Positions 9,919-19,223 of a DNA stretch of 64,000 nt are shown one piece after another; position 1 is the stretch's first letter, and each line of letters opens with the position of its first letter. The notes beneath the pieces were generated by a model. The model did not search any database and had not been told where the DNA came from. It was given only the letters and a program-made list of their open reading frames with translations. The position numbers and the translations under genes were made by a program. Source of the DNA: an uncultured Candidatus Saccharibacteria bacterium. Lineage in GTDB: Bacteria; Patescibacteriota; CALEFQ01. The stretch spans positions 289,184 to 353,183 of the forward strand of contig OZ246404.1 of NCBI GenBank assembly GCA_965230955.1. Reading direction: 5' to 3'.

Positions 9919-10281
9919 ATGCTACCATATGTGGAAACGCGACGTTGTTTTGCACTTCCTCGTAGGTGCAGGGAAGGAAATTTCGAGATTCCAGCCTCGC
10001 AGAATCTATTTTGGCTGGAAGAAGTTGGTTCAGGAGAATTTGTCATCGTTTCTCAATCCGTTATTGACAAAATTCCCGAATCGGACAGGATTTCGGTGGC
10101 TGATTCCAGTTGCCAGCCCGAGTTTGCTGTTTATGACGTTGCGGGGACTCTGATGCCATCGGGAGAGTTCTGGTTGCCTTGTGAAGAGGCAACAAAAAAA
10201 GGACAAATGGTTTTCCGGCTCACGGCCGAGATGGTTCAGGTCCATTTGCCGAATTCTTTCCGGATTTTTCAGGAACCATAG
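9919..10281 (+). CDS. Hypothetical protein
   Basis: ATG preceded by AGGAGG at 9907-9912; no recognisable domain. Confidence 0.35.
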   Translation: MLPYVETRRCFALPRRCREGNFEIPASQNLFWLEEVGSGEFVIVSQSVIDKIPESDRISVADSSCQPEFAVYDVAGTLMPSGEFWLPCEEATKKGQMVFRLTAEMVQVHLPNSFRIFQEP

Positions 10282-10363
10282 TCAATCTGGTGCTTGCCTC
10301 CCGATTCATTTGCGGGAGGCTTTTTCTATTGACCGAACGAGCCGCTTGTCCTACGCTACAGAT

Positions 10364-11632
10364 ATGAAAAAAAAGGAAACTCTCTTTGATCGAAAAAACA
10401 ACGCCATCCCGTCAAATGCGCCTGCACCGCTGGCCGATCGGATGCGCCCCGCGCGCTTGGCTGATTTTGTCGGGCAGGATCATGTGCTCAGCGCCGACAA
10501 ACTGTTACCGCGACTGATTTTTAATGATGAATTATCTTCTTTGATTTTCTGGGGGCCACCGGGAGTGGGGAAGACCACGCTGGCGAAAATTATCGCCCAA
10601 CTGACAAAAGCGCATTTCATTTGTTATAGCGCCGTGCAAGTGGGAACCAAAGAGGTCAAAGAAGAAATCGCGCAAGCGGAACAGCGCTGGCTGCTGACTA
10701 AACGGCGCACGATTCTTTTTTTGGATGAAATTCATCGTTTCAATAAAGCCCAGCAGGATGTGTTGTTGCCCCACGTGGAATCCGGACGTTTGATACTTAT
10801 CGGCGCGACCACCGAAAATCCGTCTTTCTCCGTCATCCCCGCTCTGCTCTCGCGCTGTCGGGTTATTGTTTTGCATCGACTGGGAGAGTTGGATCTGAAA
10901 AAGCTGATCAAACGCGTCCTGGTTGACAAAGCGCAGGGCCTCGGCCGCCAAAAATTAAAAATCGCGTCGGCGGCGACGGATTTTTTGATCGATCTCAGTC
11001 AGGGCGATGCCCGGGCATTGTACACGATCTTGGAGATCGCGGCGCGCGGGAAGAAAAATGGCTCGACCATCGCCGTGGCCGATATCAGCAACGCCGCCAT
11101 GAGCCGGAGCATGATTTATGATAAAAACGGCGAAGAACATTACAATGTCATTTCCGCCCTGCATAAAAGTCTGCGTGACAGCGACCAAGACGCGGCGCTG
11201 TACTGGATGGCGCGGATGATTGAGGCGGGGGAGGATCCGCTCTATGTCGTGCGGCGGCTGCTTCGTTTCGCTTCGGAAGACATCGGGAATGCCGATCCGC
11301 AAGCTTTGATCTTGGCGGTGAGTGTGATGGAGACGATCAAGTTCGTCGGAATGCCGGAGAGTAACGCCGCGCTGGCGCAGTTAGTAATTTATCTCGCAAA
11401 AGCGCCAAAAGATAATACCGCTTACGTCGCCTATGGCTTGGCTTCGGCCGACGCCAAGAAGACGAGCAACGAGCCGGTGCCGATTCACTTGCGCAACGCC
11501 CCGACTAAGTTGATGAAAGAGCTGGGTTATGGCCAAGGCTATAAATACGCGCATAACTTCAAAGACGCCAAGGTGGATCAAGAGCATTTTCCGGGGAAGT
11601 TGAGGGGGAGGAAGTATATAAAAAAAACCTAA
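10364..11632 (+). CDS. rarA: Replication-associated recombination protein A (MgsA/RarA AAA+ ATPase)
   Basis: Walker [12 protein letters not shown], Walker [11 protein letters not shown], and the RarA-type C-terminal domain. Start chosen at the internal [11 protein letters not shown] (10364). Confidence 0.85.
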   Translation: MKKKETLFDRKNNAIPSNAPAPLADRMRPARLADFVGQDHVLSADKLLPRLIFNDELSSLIFWGPPGVGKTTLAKIIAQLTKAHFICYSAVQVGTKEVKEEIAQAEQRWLLTKRRTILFLDEIHRFNKAQQDVLLPHVESGRLILIGATTENPSFSVIPALLSRCRVIVLHRLGELDLKKLIKRVLVDKAQGLGRQKLKIASAATDFLIDLSQGDARALYTILEIAARGKKNGSTIAVADISNAAMSRSMIYDKNGEEHYNVISALHKSLRDSDQDAALYWMARMIEAGEDPLYVVRRLLRFASEDIGNADPQALILAVSVMETIKFVGMPESNAALAQLVIYLAKAPKDNTAYVAYGLASADAKKTSNEPVPIHLRNAPTKLMKELGYGQGYKYAHNFKDAKVDQEHFPGKLRGRKYIKKT

Positions 11633-11728
11633 GGTCACTGCCTGCCGGTAGGCAGATCCCAATGTCAAAAATCGCTCTTGCCTTTTGCTCCCTGCTTTGT
11701 TATAATATGCCTAATTAAATAAAACCTT

Positions 11729-13690
11729 ATGAAAACTAAGATTAGGTTTAGTCTGGTGGCGGTTATTATTATGGCCGCTATTTTAGTTTTCACCGGCTGG
11801 CAGTGTCCGAAAAAGCCGGCAACTGACGCCGAAGGATTCCAGCATTTCAGTTCGGGAGATGAATTGGTCCAGGCTTTCCAGAAAGTGCATGATGATAAGC
11901 AGAGTTCCAAGAGTGAGATGGCCGAAGGGACCGGATTGACCGTTCCGCAAGCGGCTCCCGGTACAGCGAGTTCTGATGGTCGCGGCGGCGGGGAATTTTC
12001 CGAGACCAATGTTCAGGTGGCCGGCGTGGATGAAGCCGATATTGTCAAAACCAACGGCGAATATATTTATGCGCTGGCGCAGGGTAATCTGGTGGTCAGT
12101 CGAGCCTATCCGGCGGAGCAGACCGAACTGGTGGCGACGGTCACAATGGGCGACTATGTTCCCGACGAAATGTTCATCGAAGGCAATCGCTTGCTGATTT
12201 TTGGGACTGAATCCGGCCGGACGACCGCGTCATCGTCAACGTCCAGCAGCGTACCGCCCCGCTACCGTTCGCTTTTCTCGGTGCGTTTGTACGACATCGC
12301 CAACCCGCGCGATCCCAAATTCGTGGAGCGGCATGATTTCGAAGGCAGTTACGTGACGGCGCGCAAAATCGCCGGCCAAGTCTATTTTGTTTTCAATACC
12401 TATCCTTCTTATCGTGCCGGAATCGACTGTGCCGAATTGGTGCCGGGATACAAAAGTAATCGGTCGGATGTCGTTCCCCAAGCGACTGATTTCCAGCCGA
12501 TTGTCCCCTGTGGCGATGTCGGCTATGTCGAACCGCTGCGGGCCGAGAATTTTATCACCGTGGCGTCGCTCTCCATGACCGATGATCGCCAGCCGGTGCA
12601 ATCAAAAGTGATTGTCGGCACCGGGCAAAATGTTTATGCTTCGCTGGATAATCTTTATGTCGCCCAGACCAATTATCCTTCGTATTACTGGTGGGAGTCG
12701 TATAATGCCAGCGATGAAAAAACCGTGGTTTCCAAGTTTAATTTGGACCAGGGTCAAGTGGCTTTTTCCGCCAACGGTGAAGTCCCCGGCCACATCTTGA
12801 ATCAGTTTTCGATGGATCAGTACGATAATCATTTCCGGATCGCCACGACCGTGGGCCAGGCCTGGAATGAAAAAGAAAAATCAAAGAATAATATTTATAT
12901 CCTGGATTCCGCCATGAAACAATCGGGAGCGCTGGAAGATCTGGCGCCGGGCGAAACCATTTACTCGGCTCGTTTTATGGGGGAGCGCGGCTACTTGGTG
13001 ACTTTTAAAAAAGTCGACCCTCTGTTTGTAGTCGACTTGTCGAATCACAGCAATCCGCGGGTGCTCGGTAAATTGAAAATCCCGGGCTACTCCGATTATT
13101 TGCATCCTTATGACGCCAACCATATCATCGGAATCGGCAAGGAGGCCGAAGATGCTTCCACGGCGGAGACCTCCAGCCGCAATTTGGATTTTGCCTGGTA
13201 TCAAGGACTGAAAATGGCGCTCTTTGATGTCACCGATGTGGCTAATCCGGTGGAAATGTATAAAGAGGTGATTGGCGATCGCGGGACCGATTCCCCGGTC
13301 CTTCATGATCATAAAGCTTTTCTTTTTGACAAGAAAAAGAATCTACTGGTAATCCCGATCAGCTTGGCGGAAATTCAGGGGGAGAGAACCGCGGCCAACC
13401 AATACGGCAATACGGTTTATCAGGGAGCTTATGTTTACGACCTGACGCTGGAAAAAGGCTTTAACCTCAAGGGACGGATCACTCACGTGACCGATGAATC
13501 GGTCTTTGTGAAGAGCGGATATTATTACGAGACACTGGAAGCGATTACGCGCAGTTTGTATATCGATAATGTTTTGTACACGCTGTCGCCCTCGCATCTC
13601 AAGGCTAATCGTTTGTCCGATCTGAGTCTGGTAAAAGAAGTTAATTTCCCCGCCGACGATACCGCCGGTGCCAGAAATTATTATTACTAA
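11729..13690 (+). CDS. Secreted beta-propeller protein (COG4880-like)
   Basis: N-terminal signal/TM segment; motif SETNVQVAGVDEADIVKTNGEYIYAL is typical of this archaeal/CPR beta-propeller family. Confidence 0.5.
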   Translation: MKTKIRFSLVAVIIMAAILVFTGWQCPKKPATDAEGFQHFSSGDELVQAFQKVHDDKQSSKSEMAEGTGLTVPQAAPGTASSDGRGGGEFSETNVQVAGVDEADIVKTNGEYIYALAQGNLVVSRAYPAEQTELVATVTMGDYVPDEMFIEGNRLLIFGTESGRTTASSSTSSSVPPRYRSLFSVRLYDIANPRDPKFVERHDFEGSYVTARKIAGQVYFVFNTYPSYRAGIDCAELVPGYKSNRSDVVPQATDFQPIVPCGDVGYVEPLRAENFITVASLSMTDDRQPVQSKVIVGTGQNVYASLDNLYVAQTNYPSYYWWESYNASDEKTVVSKFNLDQGQVAFSANGEVPGHILNQFSMDQYDNHFRIATTVGQAWNEKEKSKNNIYILDSAMKQSGALEDLAPGETIYSARFMGERGYLVTFKKVDPLFVVDLSNHSNPRVLGKLKIPGYSDYLHPYDANHIIGIGKEAEDASTAETSSRNLDFAWYQGLKMALFDVTDVANPVEMYKEVIGDRGTDSPVLHDHKAFLFDKKKNLLVIPISLAEIQGERTAANQYGNTVYQGAYVYDLTLEKGFNLKGRITHVTDESVFVKSGYYYETLEAITRSLYIDNVLYTLSPSHLKANRLSDLSLVKEVNFPADDTAGARNYYY

Positions 13691-15541
13691 ATGAACGAAT
13701 CACCGCGCCAAATCAAAAAAATAGTTTTACTGGAGCCGAAAGAAGAAGGCGTCAACGTGTTTTCGTTTTGTAAAATACCGCGGCTGGGTGTGCCCATCTT
13801 GGCGACTTTGTTGCGCGACCGGGGTTACGCGGTAAAAGTTTATATCGAGAAAATGGCGCCGATCAACTGGCGTGAAGTTTACTCGGCGGATTTGGTGGGA
13901 ATTTCGATTGTGACCAATACCGCTTTCCCCAGTTACCGGATGGCCCAAAAGATCCGTGCCCGCGGCATCCCGGTGGTCTTGGGCGGACCGCATCCGACTT
14001 TTGAGCCGGAAGAAGCTTTGCAGTACGGCGATTATGTTTTACGCGGCGAGGGCGAGGAAAGCCTGATTAAATTAATTGAAAATTTAAACCGGCGGGGAGA
14101 TTTGCGCCAGGTTGACGGTTTGTGCTTCTGGGATAAGGCTCGCCCCGTCTATAATAAAGCGGCGACTTTTTGTCCCAATATCAATATTACTCCAGATTTT
14201 TCTTTGATTCACGGGGCCAAAAAATTCTACAATCGCCGTTTTCATTTTGATGTATCCTCGCTGGAAGTCTTGACGACGCGTGGCTGTCCTTTCGGGTGTA
14301 AATTTTGTTCGGTGATCCAGATGTCGGGACGTAAGATGCGGGAGCGAAAGGTGGAGCAAGTGGTGGATGAGATCGAGCATCTGGTCACCACTTATCGCCA
14401 AAAAAAGATGTTTATCGTCGATGATAATTTTACGGCCAATCGCGATCGGGCCAAGAAACTTTTGCGCTTGATGATCGCGCGAAAAATTCAGGTGAAAATG
14501 TCGGCTCAGGTTCGGGTTGAAACAGCCAAGGATTCGGAATTGGTCCAGCTGATGAAATTGGCCGGTATCCATATGGTGCAGATCGGCCTGGAGTCGGTCA
14601 ATCCCGATACTCTGAAAAACTTCAACAAGCGCCAGCAAGTCGAAGACATGAAAGCGGCGATCAGGGCTTTTACCGATGTGGGAATATTTGTCCATGGCAT
14701 GTTTATCATCGGCTCCGATTATGATACGCCGGCTACGATCGATGTGACGATCAAATTTGCGCAAGAAATGGGTTTGGTGGCGATTCAGTTATTGCCGTTG
14801 GGGCCGTTGCCGGGGACGGAATTGACGGCGGAATTACTGCGTGAGAAACGTGTGATTACGCGCGACTGGAGTATTTATGACGGAAATCGAGTGGTTCTCT
14901 TTCCGCGGCGGATGCGGCCGTCGGCCAATCAGAAAGCCATCTTTCGCGGCTATAAAAAGTTTTATACTTTTACCCGTCCGTGGCGTTATATTTTGAAACG
15001 GCAATGGGGTTATGCCGGTATTGCTATTTTTGGCTATTTTGCCTCGCGTAGTTTTGAACGCCAGCTTGGTCCTTATATGCGCTTTCTTGAATCGGTGGAA
15101 AAGGGCAAGTATCGCCAGACGGCGACAGGCGAAGAAATCATTGAACCGGTACAGCACGAAACCGAGGAAGGAATGGCTGATAACAGTATCAGTCGTCGTT
15201 TGGCTAAATATTTTGGCCGGTATGTTCCGGTTTTGCCACAGCAAGACTCCAGGAACGTTTTTCCTTTTTCGCGCTTGCTCCCGCGCCGTTTGAAATTGCC
15301 GATGCTGTCTAATCATTCCTTGGGAAAATTTCCAAAACGTTTAGCGCGGATTTTACGCCGTAGTCAGCGTCCCTTGGTTTTGGATTTTTCCGGGGTGAAT
15401 ATAACCGATCAAAAATTCTGGATGAAAATCCACCAGGCAGTTAAGCCTTTTGGTCAGAGAGTTCGTTTGAAAGTCAAAGCCGGAACGGCGCGTCTCTGGA
15501 ACTTGAAAAATTTACGCAATTTGACTATTATTGACGGTTAG
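13691..15541 (+). CDS. B12-binding-domain radical SAM protein with an additional C-terminal roughly 200 aa extension (possible STAS-like tail)
   Basis: N-terminal cobalamin-binding-like domain (GISIVTNTAFPSYRMAQKIRARGIPVVLGGPHPT) and CxxxCxxC cluster TTRGCPFGCKFCS. The C-terminal segment LVLDFSGVNITDQ...RLKVKAGTARLWNLKNL resembles a STAS/anti-sigma-antagonist fold. The start ATG abuts the previous stop codon. Confidence 0.65.
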   Translation: MNESPRQIKKIVLLEPKEEGVNVFSFCKIPRLGVPILATLLRDRGYAVKVYIEKMAPINWREVYSADLVGISIVTNTAFPSYRMAQKIRARGIPVVLGGPHPTFEPEEALQYGDYVLRGEGEESLIKLIENLNRRGDLRQVDGLCFWDKARPVYNKAATFCPNINITPDFSLIHGAKKFYNRRFHFDVSSLEVLTTRGCPFGCKFCSVIQMSGRKMRERKVEQVVDEIEHLVTTYRQKKMFIVDDNFTANRDRAKKLLRLMIARKIQVKMSAQVRVETAKDSELVQLMKLAGIHMVQIGLESVNPDTLKNFNKRQQVEDMKAAIRAFTDVGIFVHGMFIIGSDYDTPATIDVTIKFAQEMGLVAIQLLPLGPLPGTELTAELLREKRVITRDWSIYDGNRVVLFPRRMRPSANQKAIFRGYKKFYTFTRPWRYILKRQWGYAGIAIFGYFASRSFERQLGPYMRFLESVEKGKYRQTATGEEIIEPVQHETEEGMADNSISRRLAKYFGRYVPVLPQQDSRNVFPFSRLLPRRLKLPMLSNHSLGKFPKRLARILRRSQRPLVLDFSGVNITDQKFWMKIHQAVKPFGQRVRLKVKAGTARLWNLKNLRNLTIIDG

Positions 15542-15713
15542 GGTCGGTTTGCTTTTGATCCAGTATGATGCTGGTTTTTTGTTGGAATAACTTGAAAGGG
15601 AGGCAGGAAATCGTAATTCTAATTTTGAAACTTGCTTACGCAAGCAAGTTCGATATAATTTCAGAGCCCGGTATTTGAGAGTCATAATTTCGTTTTGAAT
15701 TTATTTTTACCGT

Positions 15714-16616
15714 ATGCGCATCGGCATTCCCCAGGCATTTATTTACTACAAACATCCAGGACTCTGGGAAGATTTTTTTCGAACCCTGGGATTGGAAGTA
15801 ATCTTGTCCGGTACCACCAATCGGGATATTTTAGAAGCCGGCGTGCGTATCACCGAAAGTGAAAGCTGCCTGCCGGTCAAAATCTACTACGGGCACTGCC
15901 AAAAACTGCTGGAACAAAAAATAGACATTCTCTTTTCTCCGCGTTATATCAGCCTTAAGAAAAATCGCTTGGGCTGTCCCAAGTTTTTTGCCCTGGCGGA
16001 TGTTATTCCTTATATGTTTGACCGTCGGGTCAAGATTTGCGCGCCGTATGTCAATTTTAATGAAAAAGACTTAGCCGCTACTCTGCGCGCCGTGGCGCAA
16101 AAGTTGAATTTTTCTGATGAAAAAATCGAGTCGGTTTTGCCGGCGGTCTTGTCTCGGGAAGAGGCCCGGCGAGCCGAAAAACAACGCCAGTTCGAAAATG
16201 TCATGGCTTCATCCCGGCCGATCGTTTTACTGATCAGCCACCCTTATAATCTTTATGATTCTTTCGTCAACGCCGATTTGGTTCGGCAGTTGCGTCGTTT
16301 GAAGGTGGAAATTCTAATGATAGATTGGATTCCGGTCACGACGTCTCATCCGCAGGATTTCTTTTTCCACTGGGATTTCGCCGAAGAAATGCTGAATCAA
16401 GTGGATGAGGTGGTAAATAGTCGGATTGCCGGCGGGCTTCAGGTATCGACGTTTAATTGCGGCTGCGATTCGGTTATAAAAGAATTCGTCGAGAAAAAAT
16501 TCCGCGCCGCCCAGCGTCCGTATATGCCGTTGATTTTGGATGAACATACCGCCGAGGCGGGGATCAAGACGCGCTTGGAAGCTTTTGTCGATACTCTAAA
16601 AAAACGGAAAATTTAA
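15714..16616 (+). CDS. HgdAB/DUF2229-family subunit (acyl-CoA dehydratase/reductase-like, double-cubane-type), set A subunit 1
   Basis: N-terminus MRIGIPQAFIYYKHPGLWEDFFRTLGLEVILS. Conserved Cys in ESCLPVKIYYGH and FNCGCD, and a C-terminal LDEHTAEAGIKTRLEAFVD motif. Paralogous to 34652-35608. Confidence 0.6.
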   Translation: MRIGIPQAFIYYKHPGLWEDFFRTLGLEVILSGTTNRDILEAGVRITESESCLPVKIYYGHCQKLLEQKIDILFSPRYISLKKNRLGCPKFFALADVIPYMFDRRVKICAPYVNFNEKDLAATLRAVAQKLNFSDEKIESVLPAVLSREEARRAEKQRQFENVMASSRPIVLLISHPYNLYDSFVNADLVRQLRRLKVEILMIDWIPVTTSHPQDFFFHWDFAEEMLNQVDEVVNSRIAGGLQVSTFNCGCDSVIKEFVEKKFRAAQRPYMPLILDEHTAEAGIKTRLEAFVDTLKKRKI

Positions 16617-16617
16617 T

Positions 16618-17709
16618 ATGTCAAAACGAATACGTAAAATCACTTTTCCTCATATGGGGCACTACGATGCCGCTTTTGAGGAAATAATGCGGGCGATGGG
16701 TCATATTCCGGTCATGCCCGACCCGATCAATCGGGCGACGGTGGAAACGGGCGTGAAATACGCCCCGGAATTTATTTGTTTTCCCTGCAAAGTAAATATC
16801 GGCGATGAGTTGAACGGTATTGCCAAAGGCGCGGACACGGTGGTGATGTTTTCCTCGAACGGTCAATGTCGCTATCGATATTACGCGGCGGTTCAGCGAA
16901 AGATTTTACATGATTTGGGCCAGAAGATTGATTTTTTTATTTTCACTCCGCGAGATTGGCTGAAAAAATTCAGTGAATTGACTAATCGAAATTATTTCAG
17001 TTTGCTCCTTAGATTTGTCAGTGCTTGGCGCAAAGTGAAAACTACGGAACTGGTGGAGCAGCTCGGTTATTACTACCGTCCGCGCGCTCTGCATCCGGAA
17101 CGTGTCGGAGGCATTCAGCAACGTTGCTGGAAATTAATCAGCCAAACAAAGTTGAAGAGCTATTTTAATTACCGCCGTTTGAAGCGGCAGATCAGAGAGG
17201 AATTCGAGGAAATAGAAATCAAGGATAATTTCCAGCCGTTGCGAATCGGGATTATTGGAGAAATATATAGCGTCATCGAGCCTTTTGTGAATCAGAATAT
17301 CGAGGAGTCCCTGGGTAACCTGGGAGTGGAAGTGACGCGTCGGTTGAATTTATCTCATTTTGTAAAAGAATTTCAGCCGTGGAACAAACGGTACGAAGCG
17401 CGGTTGACCCGTCCTTATATCGGTTATGTGGTTGGCGGTCATGGTCGAACTTCCGTGCTGCATTTGCTAGAGTATTGCCGGGAAAATTTTGACGGCGTGA
17501 TCCATCTGGCGGTTTTCGGCTGTATGCCGGAAGTGACGGTTCGCCCGATCCTCTCAAAGATCAGTCAGCAAAAAAACATGCCGTTTATTTCTCTGTCCCT
17601 TGATGAGCATAGCGGCCAGGCGGGAGTCCAGACACGGGTGGAGGCGTTTGTGGATTTGATTAAAGGAAAAATCCGAAATCCGAAATCAGAAATCCGAAAC
17701 AATACTTAA
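16618..17709 (+). CDS. HgdAB/DUF2229-family subunit, set A subunit 2
   Basis: Conserved Cys in EFICFPCK and AVFGCMPE, and a C-terminal LDEHSGQAGVQTRVEAFVD motif. Paralogous to 35613-36773. The C-terminal tail IRNPKSEIRNNT is encoded by a GAAATCC heptamer repeat. Confidence 0.6.
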   Translation: MSKRIRKITFPHMGHYDAAFEEIMRAMGHIPVMPDPINRATVETGVKYAPEFICFPCKVNIGDELNGIAKGADTVVMFSSNGQCRYRYYAAVQRKILHDLGQKIDFFIFTPRDWLKKFSELTNRNYFSLLLRFVSAWRKVKTTELVEQLGYYYRPRALHPERVGGIQQRCWKLISQTKLKSYFNYRRLKRQIREEFEEIEIKDNFQPLRIGIIGEIYSVIEPFVNQNIEESLGNLGVEVTRRLNLSHFVKEFQPWNKRYEARLTRPYIGYVVGGHGRTSVLHLLEYCRENFDGVIHLAVFGCMPEVTVRPILSKISQQKNMPFISLSLDEHSGQAGVQTRVEAFVDLIKGKIRNPKSEIRNNT

Positions 17710-17796
17710 GTCCCAATCATTAAATTATAAACTTTTAAATTTTGGGATTGGAATTTGGGAATTGTTTCGTGCTTTGATATTCGAATTTCGAATTTT
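17666..17796. repeat. Heptamer (GAAATCC) tandem repeat palindromic element overlapping the 3' end of gene 16618-17709
   Basis: GAAATCCGAAATCCGAAATCAGAAATCCGAAAC ... TCGAATTTCGAATTTT, with an inner CCCAATC/GGGATTGG palindrome. Confidence 0.55.
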
Positions 17797-17815
17797 ACCT
17801 GGAAAGGAGGCCTTT

Positions 17816-18031
17816 ATGTCCTTGAAAGAGTTTTTTCAGAAGAGGTTAGCTCGGGAAATGGGTATTCGCGAGGAAGAAGTGACCGAAAAACGCTGTGCCG
17901 AGTTTGTTCTCAGGCATTGCCCTCTGCGGCATCGTTCTTCGCCGGCTGATCGACGATTTAAGCATATCAGTCGGGAAGAATTCGAAGCGCTCAAGCGCAA
18001 TAACGATGCTTTTGCGGCCAGTCTGGATTGA
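17816..18031 (+). CDS. Hypothetical small protein (71 aa)
   Basis: AGGAGG RBS 7 nt upstream of the ATG; basic/Cys-containing protein; followed by hairpin CCCGGTAACAATAAAGTTACCGGG plus T-tract. Confidence 0.4.
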   Translation: MSLKEFFQKRLAREMGIREEEVTEKRCAEFVLRHCPLRHRSSPADRRFKHISREEFEALKRNNDAFAASLD

Positions 18032-18114
18032 TAGAAAAATCTTCCCACCACCCGGTAACAATAAAGTTACCGGGTTTTATTTTACTTGTTTGAAAGTTAT
18101 CCACACCTTAAATA

Positions 18115-18143
18115 TTGACGTTCGGTTTTTGTTCGGATATGAT
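18115..18143 (+). promoter_or_regulatory. Sigma70-like promoter TTGACG-N17-TATGAT for the small-ORF/lexA unit, overlapped by inverted repeat TTGTTCG(18129-18135)/CGAACAA(18155-18161)
   Basis: Read directly. The inverted-repeat half-sites resemble Gram-positive LexA (Cheo) half-sites but in non-canonical spacing. Confidence 0.35.
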
Positions 18144-18180
18144 CAGGGTGCAGGCGAACAAAATACGAATATATAAAAAT

Positions 18181-18336
18181 ATGACTGTCAAAAGTAAAAA
18201 TGACTTGGACAAAGTCCAGCTCTATATCCAAAAACTGCAAGAGATTAAAGGCTTCCTTCAGCAGGCCCACATTGAAGAACGAGAGGAAAAAGAAGGCCTG
18301 GATCTCCGAATCAATTGCTATTGGAATAACGTTTAA
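18181..18336 (+). CDS. Hypothetical small protein (51 aa) upstream of lexA
   Basis: ORF MTVKSKNDLDKVQLYIQKLQEIKGFLQQAHIEEREEKEGLDLRINCYWNNV, promoter upstream, GC hairpin (18341-18377) downstream. Confidence 0.35.
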   Translation: MTVKSKNDLDKVQLYIQKLQEIKGFLQQAHIEEREEKEGLDLRINCYWNNV

Positions 18337-18340
18337 TAAA

Positions 18341-18377
18341 CCAGGTGCGGCCTGCCGAATCGGCAGGCTGCCCCTGG
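18341..18377. repeat. GC-rich hairpin of the GCCGATTNGGC family: CCAGGTGCGGCCTGCCGAATCGGCAGGCTGCCCCTGG
   Basis: Near-identical to the hairpin at 2186-2222. Confidence 0.6.
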
Positions 18378-18391
18378 AACGGAATGATTTT

Positions 18392-19003
18392 ATGGGTAAA
18401 TCTTTGACTAAAAAACAGACTGAAATTTTGAATTACGTGGCTGATTTTGTGGGGGAGCACAGTTATGCTCCGAGTTACCGTGAGATCGCCCAGCACTTTA
18501 AATTGTCATCGGTAGCGACCGTCCATGATCACATTTCTTCTCTGGTGGCGAAAGGTTTCTTGCGCGATGCTGATGGTGAGGCGCGCGGGATTGAGTTGGT
18601 TACCAGAGAGGATCATCCCTTAAGTACGGTCGAGTCCTTGCCGCTTTTGGGTTTAATTGCGGCTGGGGAGCCGATTGAAGCCATTGAAAGTCAAGAGAGA
18701 ATCGATGTGCCGCAAAATATGCTTGGTTCCGGTGACTATTTTGCGTTGCAGGTAAAAGGATTGTCCATGATCGAAGATGGAATCAACGATGGGGATTTTG
18801 TTATCGTGGAAAAACGCAGTGTCGCCAACAATGGCGATATCGTGGTGGCCTTGCTTAATGGCCGTGATGCTACATTGAAGCGCTTTTATCAGGAAGCACA
18901 GCGTGTTCGCTTGGAGCCGGCAAATTCCAGCATGAAACCGATCTTTGTCCGGCAGGGACTGCAAATCCAGGGCAAAGTTGTGGGGCTGATGCGTAAATAT
19001 TAA
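18392..19003 (+). CDS. lexA: LexA repressor (S24 peptidase)
   Basis: N-terminal wHTH (LTKKQTEILNYVADFVGEHSYAPSYREIAQHF) and a C-terminal S24 domain with GLSMIEDGINDGDFVIVEK and the Ser/Lys dyad region. Confidence 0.85.
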   Translation: MGKSLTKKQTEILNYVADFVGEHSYAPSYREIAQHFKLSSVATVHDHISSLVAKGFLRDADGEARGIELVTREDHPLSTVESLPLLGLIAAGEPIEAIESQERIDVPQNMLGSGDYFALQVKGLSMIEDGINDGDFVIVEKRSVANNGDIVVALLNGRDATLKRFYQEAQRVRLEPANSSMKPIFVRQGLQIQGKVVGLMRKY

Positions 19004-19150
19004 CTTTCAAATAAAATGGTCGTTACCTGGAGACAAATAAACAAAAGCGAAGAAGTATCCGCCCCTCATGCTTTCCGAGTGTTCTTTTTCGGGCTATTGC
19101 TTGGCGGCTTAGTTGCTTCCATGGTTGCCTGGATTATTTGGCGATAAGAA

Positions 19151-19220
19151 GGGTCTTTAGTCTTTGGTCTTTTGACATTTAATATCCGGCTAAAGACTAA
19201 AGACCAACGACTAAAGACCA
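19151..19220. repeat. Heptamer (GGTCTTT/AGTCTTT) palindromic element immediately upstream of dinB
   Basis: GGTCTTTAGTCTTTGGTCTTTTGAC-loop-CTAAAGACTAAAGACCAACGACTAAAGACC. Confidence 0.6.
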
Positions 19221-19223
19221 ATT

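Noticed and set aside
10181-10363. N-terminal 61-aa extension of rarA from the ORF track
   Set aside because: The RarA homology starts at the internal ATG 10364. The extension would overlap the upstream ORF 9919-10281 and the intergenic region.
14084-14764. 226-aa minus-strand ORF
   Set aside because: Antisense to the radical SAM core of 13691-15541.
18200-18391. N-terminal extension of lexA from the ORF track
   Set aside because: The extension spans the terminator hairpin 18341-18377. LexA homology starts at the ATG at 18392.
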